Positions 34,975 through 48,769 are shown, counted from the first letter of the whole stretch. The stretch: 63,976 bases of DNA, filler included, from Octopus bimaculoides (GCF_001194135.2; 5 parts of 5 records of this genome joined end to end with filler, not necessarily neighbours in it); one strand, 5' to 3'. The notes: a model not told the origin generated them from the sequence alone. Made by a program: numbers and translations.

Positions 34975-36299
34975 GCCGATTCCTTGTGGATTTAATCAGT
35001 CCATTAGCAGGAAAGTCAACACCGTACGTGAAGAATACCATCCACTTCACAGAATCGATTAAGGATACCCCCATTGGATCCAACCAGAAGGTGAGTCTAG
35101 ACGTGATAAGTCTGTTCACCAAAGTCTCAACTGGTAAAGCACTATCGGTGATTCAGGAAAAACTGGTGACAGGCACCTATATAAATGAACGCACTAGTAT
35201 ACCAATGGGAAACTTGATGGAAATGTTGATCTTCTGTGTAGAAACTACCTATTTCAGAATGGACACTGATATGTATTGACAAAAAGAGGGTTTGGCTATG
35301 GGTTCGCCATTATCACCGATAAGAGCCAATATATACATTGAATACTTTGAGAATTTGACTTTAGGATCAACACCACTAAAACCAACCCTGTGGCTGCGAT
35401 ATGTTGATGACACCTTTATACTCTGGCCCCACCAGGAAGATGTCTAAGTGCTGTTAGATCGTGTGAACTCAATAAAGCCGTCCATACTGTTCACAATGGA
35501 AAAGGAAAAAGACAATCAGCTAGCATTTCTGGACGTATTGATAATATGCACCAAGTATGGATCCTGGACATCCGTATATCGCAATCCAACCTTCACTGCA
35601 TGATACCTCAACTTCAATTCCCACCATCCATACAGTGTAAAGAGAAGGATTGCTCATTGCCTAAAACATTGAGCAAAGAATATAGGTAGCGATCCTGATA
35701 CACACCACGAAGTAAAGATCAAGCTAAGTAACAATCTATTAAGCAACAACTACCCCGAAAACATACTATCCACTCCAATTACGAAGAGCACAGAGGATGA
35801 AACCAATAAACTATCCACAGTCTGTCTACCCTATGTGAAAGGCCTCTCCGAAAAGATATAAAAGATATGCGGCCCGTATGACATCAGGACAACATTCAAG
35901 AGTAATACAACACTTCGCAAATATCTCCTTTGAGTAAAACCACGAATACAAGAGAATATGACCAAAGACTGCGTGTACACTATCCCATTCAGCTATGGTA
36001 GGTTATACAAAGGCGAAACATATCGCCCCCTCAAAATAAGGGTAGAGGAACATCGCAAAGCTGACACAAGGAGATATTGATAAATCGGATATAGCTGATC
36101 ATGTATGAAAAAACGGAGACCACCTCCTCCTGTGGAATGAAGTTAAAATAATAGACAGAGAACACCACTGGAATATACGAAAACTAAAAGAGGCAGCACA
36201 TATACTAGGACATAATAACCTCATAGCAGACCTAATACAGATATGAGTAGCATATGGGAATCGGTATTAAGGAAGGATAGAAAAATATTAGATTTATAA
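34975..36299 (+). mobile_element. Penelope-like retroelement, 5'-truncated (RT + GIY-YIG), decayed
   Basis: Motifs SLDVISLFT, GLAMGSPLSP, WLRYVDDTF (YVDD at 35400-35411), LAFLDV, FNSHHP and CVYTIPFSYGRLYKGET..LKIRVEEH. Several in-frame stops and about two frameshifts near the 3' end. Confidence 0.92.
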
Positions 36300-36321
36300 A
36301 CACTAAAATTCACTCCATAAT

Positions 36322-36400
36322 TGGCGTAGTGGTTAAGAGCGCGGTCTACTAATCCCAAGATTTCGAGATCGATTCCAAGTAATGACTTGAATAATAATAA
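36322..36400 (+). mobile_element. Second copy of the tRNA-like head with (AAT)n tail
   Basis: TGGCGTAGTGGTTAAGAGCGCGGTCTACTAATCCCAAGA...GATTCC...(AAT)n, starting about 22 bp after the Penelope-like ORF stop. Confidence 0.7.
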
Positions 36401-36640
36401 CAGCAACAACATTGGAAGAATAGAACTGGTGTCGATTTGTTCGACCAAAGGTGGTGCTCCAGCATGGTCGCAGTTAAATGACGGAAAGAAGTAAAAGAAA
36501 AAAAATTATGCACGTATATGTATATACATATACATGCATAATTTGTTTTTCTTTATGTGTATATATATGTATATATATAGTTCGAACGAAAGACGAAGAC
36601 CAAGCAGTTGTATTGATTAACGCTAGGGAAGAATGGAAAG

Positions 36641-36679
36641 TCCTTGACATTTCGAGCCTACGCTCTTAGACAGAAAGGA
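36641..36679 (-). ncRNA. Degenerate minimal hammerhead-like motif
   Basis: Minus strand CCTTT-CTGTCTA-A-GAGC-GTAG-GCTC-GAAA-TGTC-AAGG. Confidence 0.45.
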
Positions 36680-37398
36680 TTCAGAGGAAAGTAAATGGAG
36701 AGAAAAATAGAGAGATTATTTATATATATATATACATATAAACCATTAGTAAGTATATGAAAGTGAGTTTGGAAGGATATATCATATGGGCGGATTGCGT
36801 ATTAGCTCTCAGTTAAGTTCCAGTTAACGGTTAACCAAAAGGATCAGTATCTAACGTCTGTAATTACATTCAGTTGTCAATCATTCTGTGAATTCTTCCG
36901 ATCGGTAATTCCATGTTCCCTTCGCTGAACAGTAAAAATTGTCTGAAGTGTATATTAATATTGCAAGGTTGCATTTACAACAGTGAGTAGTCGATGCAAC
37001 GGAAACACGTGTAGGTCATTGTAATATGCTGTGCATAACTATGAAAAAAATTTTGTGGATGTACAAGTCACCATACTCTTTATTACTATTAATATTAAAT
37101 ATATATACAAAGACAATGAGCTAGCAGAATCGTTAGTACGTCGGGCAAAATGCGTAGCGGCATTTTGTCCGTCGTTACGTTCTGAACTCAAATTCCGCTG
37201 AGGTCGACTTTTCTGTTCATCTTTTCGAGTTTGATAAAATAAGTTACCGTTGAACACCAGGGTCGATATGTATATATTATCATCTCCCCTTCTTTCTAGC
37301 TCTCCTGTCTACCTTTGTCCAACCAGTTGGCATGATTGACCGCTAACACCACAAGTTTTTTTTCTTTTTATTCTCTCTCTCTTTATTTGATCGTGTTC

Positions 37399-37434
37399 CT
37401 TTCTCTTGAAGAGCGTTGGCTCGAAGCGTAAAAG
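37399..37434 (+). ncRNA. Degenerate minimal hammerhead-like motif, same family as 36641
   Basis: CTTT-CTCTTGA-A-GAGC-GTTG-GCTC-GAAG-CGTA-AAAG. Confidence 0.4.
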
Positions 37435-37564
37435 ACTTTCTCACCTTCCCGACCGTGAGACTAATACACCTGCTTGTTCTTTATACATCTGTCTTCGTCT
37501 TTACTTCTTCTGTAAATTTTAACTATATGTATATCATCATCATCATCATCATCGAATACATATG

Positions 37565-37609
<45 letters not shown>

Positions 37610-38744
37610 CCGCAATTGTCATAACCAATCCTAACATCTCACTGCTATGAAGTATCAAAACAAGGTCTGGTCTCGCTATGAGAAAATATTTACATATGAA
37701 AAAAATTAAGCTATTGACTATTGAGGTGGGGGTAAGTTAGTGCTTTTGCTATAGGTGTGGTTACAAAAAGTTCAACAGAGCTTTCAATGGAAAAGTGTAA
37801 TTTGAAATGTAGAAGTCGTAGTCATCCTTGCTGTTATTGCGTAGGCTATTGTTGGTGCTTGGTGATTTGGCTGTTTTTTTACAGTTGGATAATCTTTTTT
37901 TTCCTAATGACTACTCTAGTAATATTATATAGATATAGCCGTACCTACATACTTAGTCTGAGACGGTTTCGTAAGGGAGGAAAGCGAGAAGAAAGAAAAT
38001 AAAAAGAAAAGCAGTGAAGGACGAACGAATGGCAGATGAAGTAGAGAAACAAGAACAATGAGAACACCAGCAACAAAGAGAACCGAAAATATACACACCT
38101 GTTCTTTGCACCAATGTAAACAAATACCTAATAATAATTGACCGACTCTACTCTCTTGATATTTCCGTGAGAAATTTTGCAGGTCTATATTTTGTCCATT
38201 ATGTACCTGCATATATAGGTGTGTGTGCATGTGTGGGTGGGTTATGAGTGTATGTGTACTATATGTGTGTATATGTGTTTGTGCATGTGTATGTGTGCAT
38301 GTTTGTGAGTGTGTGTATACACTTGTACAGACAAACATATACATAAACATTCACACACACACGCACACACGCGTATGGGCTAAACGTCCTCATTTTGTTC
38401 TTGGCTACGTGTATCGGTATACGCACAGTACCATGAAGCATGCTGCATTTCTGACAAACTGTTTCCTTCTTTCAAAGCGTTCCGGAGCTCTGAGGACGAT
38501 CGCACGTGCTGCTCATACGCTCCTCAATAAAACAATATATGTGAGTGGAGTTTTTTCGGGGTGGGGGATATGTCTATACATACACATATATATGTGCATG
38601 CTTGAATGTATGTATGTATGTATGTTTGTATGTATGTATGTATGTATGTATGTATGTATGTGTTTTTGTATGTATGTATATGTGTATGTATGTATGTAAG
38701 TATGTATGTGTGTATATATGTGAGTATGTATGTATGTATGTATG

Positions 38745-38778
<34 letters not shown>

Positions 38779-39405
38779 CATGTATGTATGTATGTGTGTA
38801 TGTATATGTGTGTGTCTATCATAGATAACAAGACCTGGAATTTGTAGGAGGGTGTAATAATTAATTATATAGCCCCTAGTACATCGCTGATACTTTATTT
38901 TTTCGATCTCTGAAGAAAAAGAGGCCGAGTTAACCGCGGTGCGATTTGATATCATAACATAAAAAGCCGAAAGAAAATTTTCTTTTAACTGTCTCATGTC
39001 ATGTTTCCTTCTAACGCTCGTCCTATGATGGGCTTCTACTGATAGCATCTGTAGTGCGATATCATGAGTTTCAAACGTATGTAAGAGATGAATTACAGAA
39101 TTTCCAAGTATGCTCACGGTTTAGGACAAAATAACAGCAACTGAATCCGGAGCGGGTGGTACCCTCCAATTCCATAAAAGAAACCTATCTTTGTATCTAG
39201 ACCTGCTAAAAATTCCAGATCTCTAATTAAACAGTGTGTTGGAATGACTGAATGGCAGACGAATATAAGATCTTTCTGTTACGCATAAATGTATGTATAT
39301 AAGTTAGATAGAAAGATATAGACAGAGACAGAGAGACGGACAGGCAGACAGAGAGACGGACAGGCAAACAGAGAGACAGAGAAACAGACAGATAGAGAGA
39401 CAGAC

Positions 39406-39454
<49 letters not shown>

Positions 39455-39460
39455 CATACA

Positions 39461-39495
<35 letters not shown>

Positions 39496-40591
39496 GTACA
39501 TACATACAGACGTAGTATACATACATATGCATGTATAAATTATTGCATACAATGTGTGTGAGGTGATGTGTCTGTATGCATGAATGTATTTGAAAATTAA
39601 CTTAGGTAAGTGACATGTATTGAAACAACGAGGTTAGATACAGAAATGCGAAATATACGAGATAGATTTTTGATTTATTGAATTTAACTGAGCCTCCAGA
39701 GAAATATATATATATGTGTATACATACATATGTATGTATATAAACATACATAGATATATAAATATTGATATACATGTATATATATATGTATATATAGATG
39801 TATATATATATATATGTGTGCATATATGGGTACAGGACGTCACCAACTCTAAACAAAACGTAGTATGAAAACAAACGAGTGAAATACGCAAACAATGAGG
39901 GGTAAGTAAAATGGAAAACAAGACAAGTAACACAAAGAACGACCCTTCATCAGTTGTNNNNNNNNNNATTTATTGAATTTAACTGAGCCTCCAGAGAAAT
40001 ATATATATATGTGTGCATATATGGGTACAGGACGTCACCAACTCTAAACAAAACGTAGTATGAAAACAAACGAGTGAAATACGCAAACAATGAGGGGTAA
40101 GTAAAATGGAAAACAAGACAAGTAACACAAAGAACGACCCTTCATCAGTTGTCGGCTGTCTATCTACACATTTCGAGCATTCAACGACAATGTGAGTTTT
40201 CGAAGACAGTTGCTCCCATAATTCCCAAATTAAAATTTGGGATTTATGGAGGGTCAAATTTTGAGGGAAAAAACAGGTCAGTGGTGACATTCCTTCTTCC
40301 TGCTTCTGTTGTACCTGTATTTCAAAGCGCCAGCGTTGTCACGCTGACTATCCCCGAAGACTACGTTAAGTGTACACGTGTCTGTGGAGTGCTCAACCAC
40401 TTGCACGTTAATTTCATGAGCAGGCTGTTCCATTGATCAGATGAACTGGAACCCTCGTCATCGTAACCGACGGAGTGCCAAGATACTTGTATTAATCTTA
40501 TACAAAGTTGAGTTCCGCATATGTATCCAGTCCTGGTAAATAAAGATATAAGAGCTCTGAAAAGCACGGTACGAGGTTATCACCCGAATTA

Positions 40592-40663
<72 letters not shown>

Positions 40664-41023
40664 GTCTGTCTGTCTGACTGTCCATTTATCTCNNNNNNNN
40701 NNNNNNNNNNNNNNNNNNNNNNNNNNNNNNNNNNNNNNNNNNNNNNNNNNNNNNNNNNNNNNNNNNNNNNNNNNNNNNNNNNNNNNNNNNNNNNNNNNNN
40801 NNNNNNNNNNNNNNNNNNNNNNNNNNNNNNNNNNNNNNNNNNNNNNNNNNNNNNNNNNNNNNNNNNNNNNNNNNNNNNNNNNNNNNNNNNNNNNNNNNNN
40901 NNNNNNNNNNNNNNNNNNNNNNNNNNNNNNNNNNNNNNNNNNNNNNNNNNNNNNNNNNNNNNNNNNNNNNNNNNNNNNNNNNNNNNNNNNNNNNNNNNNN
41001 NNNNNNNNNNNNNNNNCGAATTA

Positions 41024-41095
<72 letters not shown>

Positions 41096-41454
41096 GTCTG
41101 TCTGTCTGACTGTCCATTTATCTCTCTGTCTATCTATCTGTCTATCTATCTAACCACCTATATATGATTCACTTTTTACTTCAATCAGTCATTTGTGCAG
41201 GGGTACCACCTAGCGGAACAAATTGGCGCCAGCTCTTTTGAATATGTATGCATGTATCTAGATATATATAGATTTATATATGTTTATGAGTGGGTATTTA
41301 TGACTTTATTGTACTGTATTTATAACTTTATTATATTCTGCTATGTCTCGGAGTTCTCTTAACAGCGCTAAATCTAACTCTCAGAGCAGTATACTAGAAG
41401 AACATCACCTTTACAACAAATACAGAAACACTATTTATGTGCCGAATATGAACA

Positions 41455-42154
41455 CCGTATATATTCGGCTATAAGTCGCATTTTTCCCTTGACATTTTCA
41501 CCTAAATTTGGGGATGCGACTTATAAGCGCATCCTATAAAAAAATCTTCAGATATTTTCTACGTAGAAGCCACGTCTAAAGTTCCGTCACTTGGAATAAC
41601 CGAAAAGGAGAAAATTTTACATTATAAACAACGGTTTCTAAAACGCATGGATTTAATTGTATATCAGTTGTTGTGAGTCAGCTTGAGGTTACTGAAAGCT
41701 CGGTTAGCGAACGCCGACTAAGTCGGCGCGATTCCTAATCGAGCTTTGCTCTCCAGCATCAAAATGTCACTGCGACTTATAGTCGGGTCAATGATAAAAC
41801 TCTCGATTTGGATTATGTAAGTCGGGCGTACGTCTTATAGGCGACGGCGTTTTATAGTCTTATAGGCGAGGACGTTTTATAGTCTTATAGGTGAGGACGT
41901 TTTATAGTCTTATAGGCGAGGACGTTTTATAGTCTTATAGGCGAGGACGTTTTATAGTCTTATAGACGAGGGCGTTTTATAGTCTTATAGGCGAGGGNNN
42001 NNNNNNNNNNNNNNNNNNNNNNNNNNNNNTGAGGACGTTTTATAGTCTTATAGGCGAGGACGTTTTATAGTCTTATAGGCGAGGACGTTTTATAGTCTTA
42101 TAGACGAGGGCGTTTTATAGTCTTATAGGCGAGGGCGTTTCATAGTATATACGG
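41455..42154. mobile_element. Tc2/pogo-like non-autonomous element (CCGTA ends) with internal minisatellite
   Basis: CCGTATATATTCGGCTATAAGTCGC ... TATATACGG|TA; internal GCGACTTATA motifs; a 25-bp tandem array lies in the right end. Confidence 0.75.
41832..42140. repeat. 25-bp minisatellite GTCTTATAGGCGAGGACGTTTTATA, at least 11 visible copies, with a 32-N gap
   Basis: Units start at 41832, 41857, 41882, 41907, 41932, 41957 and 41982, and continue after the gap. Confidence 0.95.
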
Positions 42155-42347
42155 TAACTAAAGTAGTTTTTGTAATATTAAGGACTGCTTGCCCTTCCTC
42201 ATATTCACCATACGATTTGAAGTATTTACGCTCTTTTTTTCTTCTTTTTTGTCTGCGCTTTGAGGAAAAACGTCAAATGTTAAGTTTTAATTAACCGTAT
42301 GCATATATATGTTTGCATATTACTTGCATTTACGAATGCATGTAAAA

Positions 42348-42415
<68 letters not shown>

Positions 42416-43099
42416 TTACACACACACACACATTTCCCCACTTTCTAAAGGGTATTTACTCGATTCTTCAAGCTGTCCTCACATCTTTCCTGTGTTTGCG
42501 TACTTCTTTATTTTCTGTGTGTATATNNNNNNNNNNNNNNNNNNNNNNNNNNNNNNNNNNNNNNNNNNNNNNNNNNNNNNNNNNNNNNNNNNNNNNNNNN
42601 NNNNNNNNNNNNNNNNNNNNNNNNNNNNNNNNNNNNNNNNNNNNNNNNNNNNNNNNNNNNNNNNNNNNNNNNNNNNNNNNNNNNNNNNNNNNNNNNNNNN
42701 NNNNNNNNNNNNNNNNNNNNNNNNNNNNNNNNNNNNNNNNNNNNNNNNNNNNNNNNNNNNNNNNNNNNNNNNNNNNNNNNNNNNNNNNNNNNNNNNNNNN
42801 NNNNNNNNNNNNNNNNNNNNNNNNNNNNNNNNNNNNNNNNNNNNNNNNNNNNNNNNNNNNNNNNNNNNNNNNNNNNNNNNNNNNNNNNNNNNNNNNNNNN
42901 NNNNNNNNNNNNNNNNNNNNNNNNNNNNNNNNNNNNNNNNNNNNNNNNNNNNNNNNNNNNNNNNNNNNNNNNNNNNNNNNNNNNNNNNNNNNNNNNNNNN
43001 NNNNNNNNNNNNNNNNNNNNNNNNNNNNNNNNNNNNNNNNNNNNNNNNNNNNNNNNNNNNNNNNNNNNNNNNNNNNNNNNNNNNNNNNNNNNNNNNNNN

Positions 43100-43139
<40 letters not shown>

Positions 43140-43141
<2 letters not shown>

Positions 43142-43330
43142 TGTTTCAGTCATTAGACTGCAGCCATGCTGAGGTACCGACTTAAAAAATTTTAGTCAAC
43201 GGAATCAACCCCAGTACTATTTTCCTATTTTTATGCCTGGTACTTATTGTATCAGATCTCTTTTCTCGAACAGCTAGCTTACGGGGACGTAAATACACCA
43301 ACACCAGTTGTCAGACGGTGGTAGGGGAAG
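43140..43330. repeat. Interspersed repeat (TTTCAGTCAT...GGCCATGCTGGAGCACC family)
   Basis: A homologous copy lies at about 16755-16950, with a reverse fragment at about 36410-36500. Confidence 0.7.
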
Positions 43331-43885
43331 AACACAGTCGATTATATCGACCCCGGTGTTCAACTAGTTCATATGTTGTCGACCTCGAAAGGATAGAAGT
43401 CAAAGTCGACCTCGGCGGCATTTGAACTCAGAACTTAAAGACAGACGAAATGGTTCTAAGCATTTTGGCTGGCATACTAACGACTCTGCCTGTTCCCTGC
43501 CTTATTATACAAACACACACACACGCATATATTTATATATAGATAAAAAATACACATTATATATATATTGTATATACATGTGTGTGTACGAAGTTGTGCC
43601 CCAGCATATATATATATCTACCCTTCTGTCCTGGCCTCTACTTCACTGCTTCTGTCCCTTCCTCCTTGTTCCATTTCCTCCCTCCACCATCCTCTCTGCT
43701 CTCGTGTGACCTGTGGTCAGCTTTCTTTTCACTCCAGCCGCTGTGAAGGCAAGTCGAACTACTAGCGTTCTACCTCAGATTTGCGTTTGGCCGTACGGCT
43801 TTTGAATGTTGTTTTCACTGTCCATTTTTTCCTGTCTTGGTTTGTGTTTGCCACCTTGGAATCCTCTGTGTAGTTGGTTGATCCA

Positions 43886-43967
43886 CTACTCAGGAAGAGA
43901 CTATTCTAGAGTACGTCCTGTCTGGTCTTCGAAACGTCTAGATAGAATAGAGACAGCTGATGAAGGG
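43886..43967 (+). ncRNA. Possible tandem hammerhead-like pair, second unit cut by scaffold join
   Basis: CTA-CTCAGGA-A-GAGAC...GTCTTC-GAAA-CGTC-TAG, then CTGATGAAGGG at 43957. A related block (CGAAA...TAGATAGACAGC...CTGATGAAGGG) lies on the minus strand at about 40138-40180. Confidence 0.35.
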
Positions 43968-43972
43968 ATATT

Positions 43973-44072
43973 NNNNNNNNNNNNNNNNNNNNNNNNNNNN
44001 NNNNNNNNNNNNNNNNTTAATTAATTAANNNNNNNNNNNNNNNNNNNNNNNNNNNNNNNNNNNNNNNNNNNN
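43973..44072. other. Artificial scaffold join
   Basis: 44 N + TTAATTAATTAA (44017-44028) + 44 N. Confidence 0.97.
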
Positions 44073-44271
44073 TATATATATATATGTATATATATATGTA
44101 TATATATATATATGTATATATATATATGTATATATATATGCGCATGTATGCATGTGTGTATGTATATGTTGTATCTATATAAGTGTAGCTTTATTATATG
44201 TAAGTATATATATCTATATTTATATCTATCTATATATCTGTGTAAACACACATGCGCACGTATATTAGATT

Positions 44272-44318
<47 letters not shown>

Positions 44319-44839
44319 ATCGAGACAGTGCAGTTTTTTTAGTATATCGGGCTATTTCATCACAACCGAAATACTTTATCAGAGAAAGTCCACAAAAAAC
44401 GCAGCACAGAACGGGTACTAGGATTTTATGTTCATGTCATTTAAACGAAGAGAAAGACTGATGCGCAAATATATCACACAAAGGAAGTACAGAAAAATAC
44501 AGAATATTTACTGCGACTAACCTCTGGGAATATCCACATATTTCAATTATTCACCTCGTCAAACAATAATAAACTAAATGCATTCTAACGTTGAGCTTCA
44601 ATCTATATACAGTCGTTCACATAAAAAGTGATTGGTATATACATCCACAGGGAATAGACAAAAGAAACTAAGTGATCACTTTATATATACCTACAAGAAA
44701 TAATAATAGTCATAGAAAGCTTGTGAAAAATACTTTCAGAATACTCTGTAAGTGCTTTTTTTTACGTCTGTAAAACTGTGAAACTAGTACGACTGCAAAT
44801 CTGAGTTAAACAGTTAATTCACGCCTTAGCGCATCATAT

Positions 44840-44901
<62 letters not shown>

Positions 44902-46224
44902 CAAATAAGTAACAAGGATGTCTAGGTATCAGTGCATTACGGCAGTTTCAAGCGGCTCCATTTAATCGATCAATGCAAACATTACATCAATTTGAAATAA
45001 ACCGCTCTCTTCGGACGCGTACGACCGTAAAAGATTTCCAACACACAGGATACTCCACTTAGCAAATTTTCATCAGTACTAGAGACTAAAATTCATTGCT
45101 TCTTTTGCTATTGTTGTAGCAGAATGAATTTAGGGGGAAAAAAAATTTTCTAAAGCCTACTATAATTTAGAGTGGCAGAAGGAAATAATGGGGTCAAGAA
45201 AGAGGAATGGTGATATAGCTACAGTCATCTTTATCCTTATCATATTCAAAAGACCTAATGCAGCAAATAGTCTACACCCCCTTAGAATTAAAACTATCGG
45301 GAATTAACAGTTAAGTTCTTGTAGTTGGTGATAAATTAATTAATGTCAGATACTCTTCCCCACCCCTATTTCACTATAACCATAAAATCAGCCATACCTA
45401 CACAAAAGAATATATATATATATATATATAAAAAAATAAGCAACACGGATTTCAAAGGTGATTGCAGTACGCACGTTTCATGTTACTCCAATTTATTTAA
45501 GTAATGCGAGCATTACATTAAATGCAATATGAAGAGCAATCTTCAGCTGCACGAAAATGCAGAAAATTACTGTAGAAAAGACATATTATAAATGTGGCAA
45601 CATTTCAAATCCAAGTGGGAGAGAGAATACATAAAAATCCAAATGTGAGGAAGAATACATAAATCCATCTTGATATCTATATATNNNNNNNNNNNNNNNN
45701 NNNNNNNNNNNNNNNNNNNNNNNNNNNNNNNNNNNNNNNNNNNNNNNNNNNNNNNNNNNNNNNNNNNNNNNNNNNNNNNNNNNNNNNNNNNNNNNNNNNN
45801 NNNNNNNNNNNNNNNNNNNNNNNNNNNNNNNNNNNNNNNNNNNNNNNNNNNNNNNNNNNNNNNNNNNNNNNNNNNNNNNNNNNNNNNNNNNNNNNNNNNN
45901 NNNNNNNNNNNNNNNNNNNNNNNNNNNNNNNNNNNNNNNNNNNNNNNNNNNNNNNNNNNNNNNNNNNNNNNNNNNNNNNNNNNNNNNNNNNNNNNNNNNN
46001 NNNNNNNNNNNNNNNNNNNNNNNNNNNNNNNNNNNNNNNNNNNNNNNNNNNNNNNNNNNNNNNNNNNNNNNNNNNNNNNNNNNNNNNNNNNNNNNNNNNN
46101 NNNNNNNNNNNNNNNNNNNNNNNNNNNNNNNNNNNNNNNNNNNNNNNNNNNNNNNNNNNNNNNNNNNNNNNNNNNNNNNNNNNNNNNNNNNNNNNNNNNN
46201 NNNNNNNNNNNNNNNNNNNNNNNN

Positions 46225-46293
<69 letters not shown>

Positions 46294-47778
46294 ATTGAAC
46301 CATGGTGTAGATATAAATATTGTAATTATATACACCCATCTGAAATATAGTATGGATCACGGATCGCTGAATTGGAGTAAAATGAAAAATATTGAAGTTA
46401 CTATACGCTGCATGTAACACTTTTCACAAAGCCTCAGTTATGTGTATTTGATAATAAAACAAAATGGCAGACTTTTTGCTTGACACTGTGGATAGTATTT
46501 TATCACCAATATTAATACGTTTTCTTACATAAATTTGGTGTCAGTCTGAATGTTTAGAATATTAATAAGTTACGTATTTTATTTGAACGCTTAGTTATGT
46601 AAAATTATCTTGTTTTTTTTTTCATTGTCTTGAAAGCAAAATTATATTTTATCTAAAATTTTGTCCAAATAAGGTGTGAACATTTTTTTAAGGGAGTAAT
46701 AATTTTCTATATTTAAAACTACTAAATGTACAGCATTTATACCTTATGTCGAAAATAATGAACGATAGAAAGAGATGAAACGAACGTGCCACCTTTATCA
46801 CACATTGCCAGAGAATAAAGAGTGATTTTTGTTTTATATTATAAATCATATATAACTTTTTAAAGCCGATAATGAACGTATTTTAAATTGGTAACATATA
46901 TTACATTATAATAAATATATTTATAAAAAAGTTCCATTATGAATATATATGAGAATTTCTAAAATTGAGGTGATGGAAATCCGAGAATGCGTTAGGCAAT
47001 TTATAGGATTACGTAAAGCAGTTCACAAAGGTGAGCAAAGAATAACTGCAGGAATTATATTTAAATTCCTGTTTAAACAGAATTACAAAACTACAAAAGA
47101 TGAAATATATTTTAAATATTTGCGTTATTATTTCAATGTACAAATTTTTTTCTTTATACAAATTATACTTATATATTATTTTTCATTTAGTAGGTTAATG
47201 TCACTGAAATTTAAATATGCTTTTTATCCACCCACCTCAAAAGAAGATATCTTTATTGTTTTATGACTCCAAAATACACTATTTTGACTTATTTTAAAAT
47301 CCATATGCATAGAATAAATACGTAATACTCGAAGTCTATTCTCTGGACGACTCCTTAACTATGGGTTAACAGGAGATATCATAGTAACAACTTTACTTCC
47401 TCACCACTGATAACATGGAATATATATATATATATATACCCTACGGTCATAAATGACCATGGGATTACACTTAGAAAGTTGCCCACTGAGACGCAAATCC
47501 GGGCAAAGTTATTTACGGAAGACCAGTAGTTATCCATGCATACCAGTCTTCCGTTTCTAAGCCACAGCTGTCATCCAAGAGAAAGGCAAAGCAAAGGCTG
47601 ATACAGTTTGGCACCAGTGACGTTGCGACTAATTTCTACAGCTGAGTGAACTGAAGCAACGGGAAATAAAGTGTCTTGATCAAGAGCACAATACACAGCC
47701 CAGTCCAGGAATCGAACTCACTACCTCATGATTGTGAGGTTGACGTCTAACCATTGAGCCATGCACCTTCACGTTCTA

Positions 47779-47829
<51 letters not shown>

Positions 47830-48736
47830 ACAGACACACACACACACACACACNNNNNNNNNNNNNNNNNNNNNNNNNNNNNNNNNNNNNNNNNNNNNNN
47901 NNNNNNNNNNNNNNNNNNNNNNNNNNNNNNNNNNNNNNNNNNNNNNNNNNNNNNNNNNNNNNNNNNNNNNNNNNNNNNNNNNNNNNNNNNNNNNNNNNNN
48001 NNNNNNNNNNNNNNNNNNNNNNNNNNNNNNNNNNNNNNNNNNNNNNNNNNNNNNNNNNNNNNNNNNNNNNNNNNNNNNNNNNNNNNNNNNNNNNNNNNNN
48101 NNNNNNNNNNNNNNNNNNNNNNNNNNNNNNNNNNNNNNNNNNNNNNNNNNNNNNNNNNNNNNNNNNNNNNNNNNNNNNNNNNNNNNNNNNNNNNNNNNNN
48201 ATATATATATATATATATATAAGGAAAGAAGGAGAATAGCAAGTGAAGAACGAAGGATAATGAAAGTGTAAGAAACGTAAAAAACAAGGAAATGAAGGGG
48301 ATAAAGTAAAATACTTCAGGCAAAGGACAAATAAAATAAAATCGAAAATAAGCGAATCTTAACGAAAAAAGGCGAAAGAAAACAGAAGCTGTAATAAAAC
48401 GGGAGAAGGTAGAAGACAAGAAAAGGTAAAAGAAGGCAAATCAAATTTATGAGAGCAGCTGGAATAAAATTGACAGATGTACGAGATAGAGAACGAAAAG
48501 GAGGAAAATGATACAAAGTTAAGAAAAGAAGAGAAATAAGAAAATTGAACAAAGTAAACTGCAAAATCGAACAGGAAATAAATAAAACGCCGTAAGACGA
48601 ACCAGACGGGAAAAAACGAGAGAAATTGAGGGAAACTGTAAAAAAAAGTGTTTTAAAAGTATGAGCAGAAACGAAAGAAATGAAACGATAGAAAAAAAAA
48701 AAGAAGATATCAATAGATAACTTGATAGACACATAA

Positions 48737-48769
<33 letters not shown>

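Noticed and set aside
38485-38515. CTGAGGA-CGATC as another hammerhead
   Set aside because: There is no stem II closure and no GAAA.
41832-42140. 25-bp array as a CRISPR array
   Set aside because: The units are head-to-tail with no unique spacers, there are no cas genes, and the context is eukaryotic.
48221-48710. Purine-rich tract giving long minus-strand ORFs
   Set aside because: Low-complexity composition explains the lack of stop codons; there is no protein-like signal.
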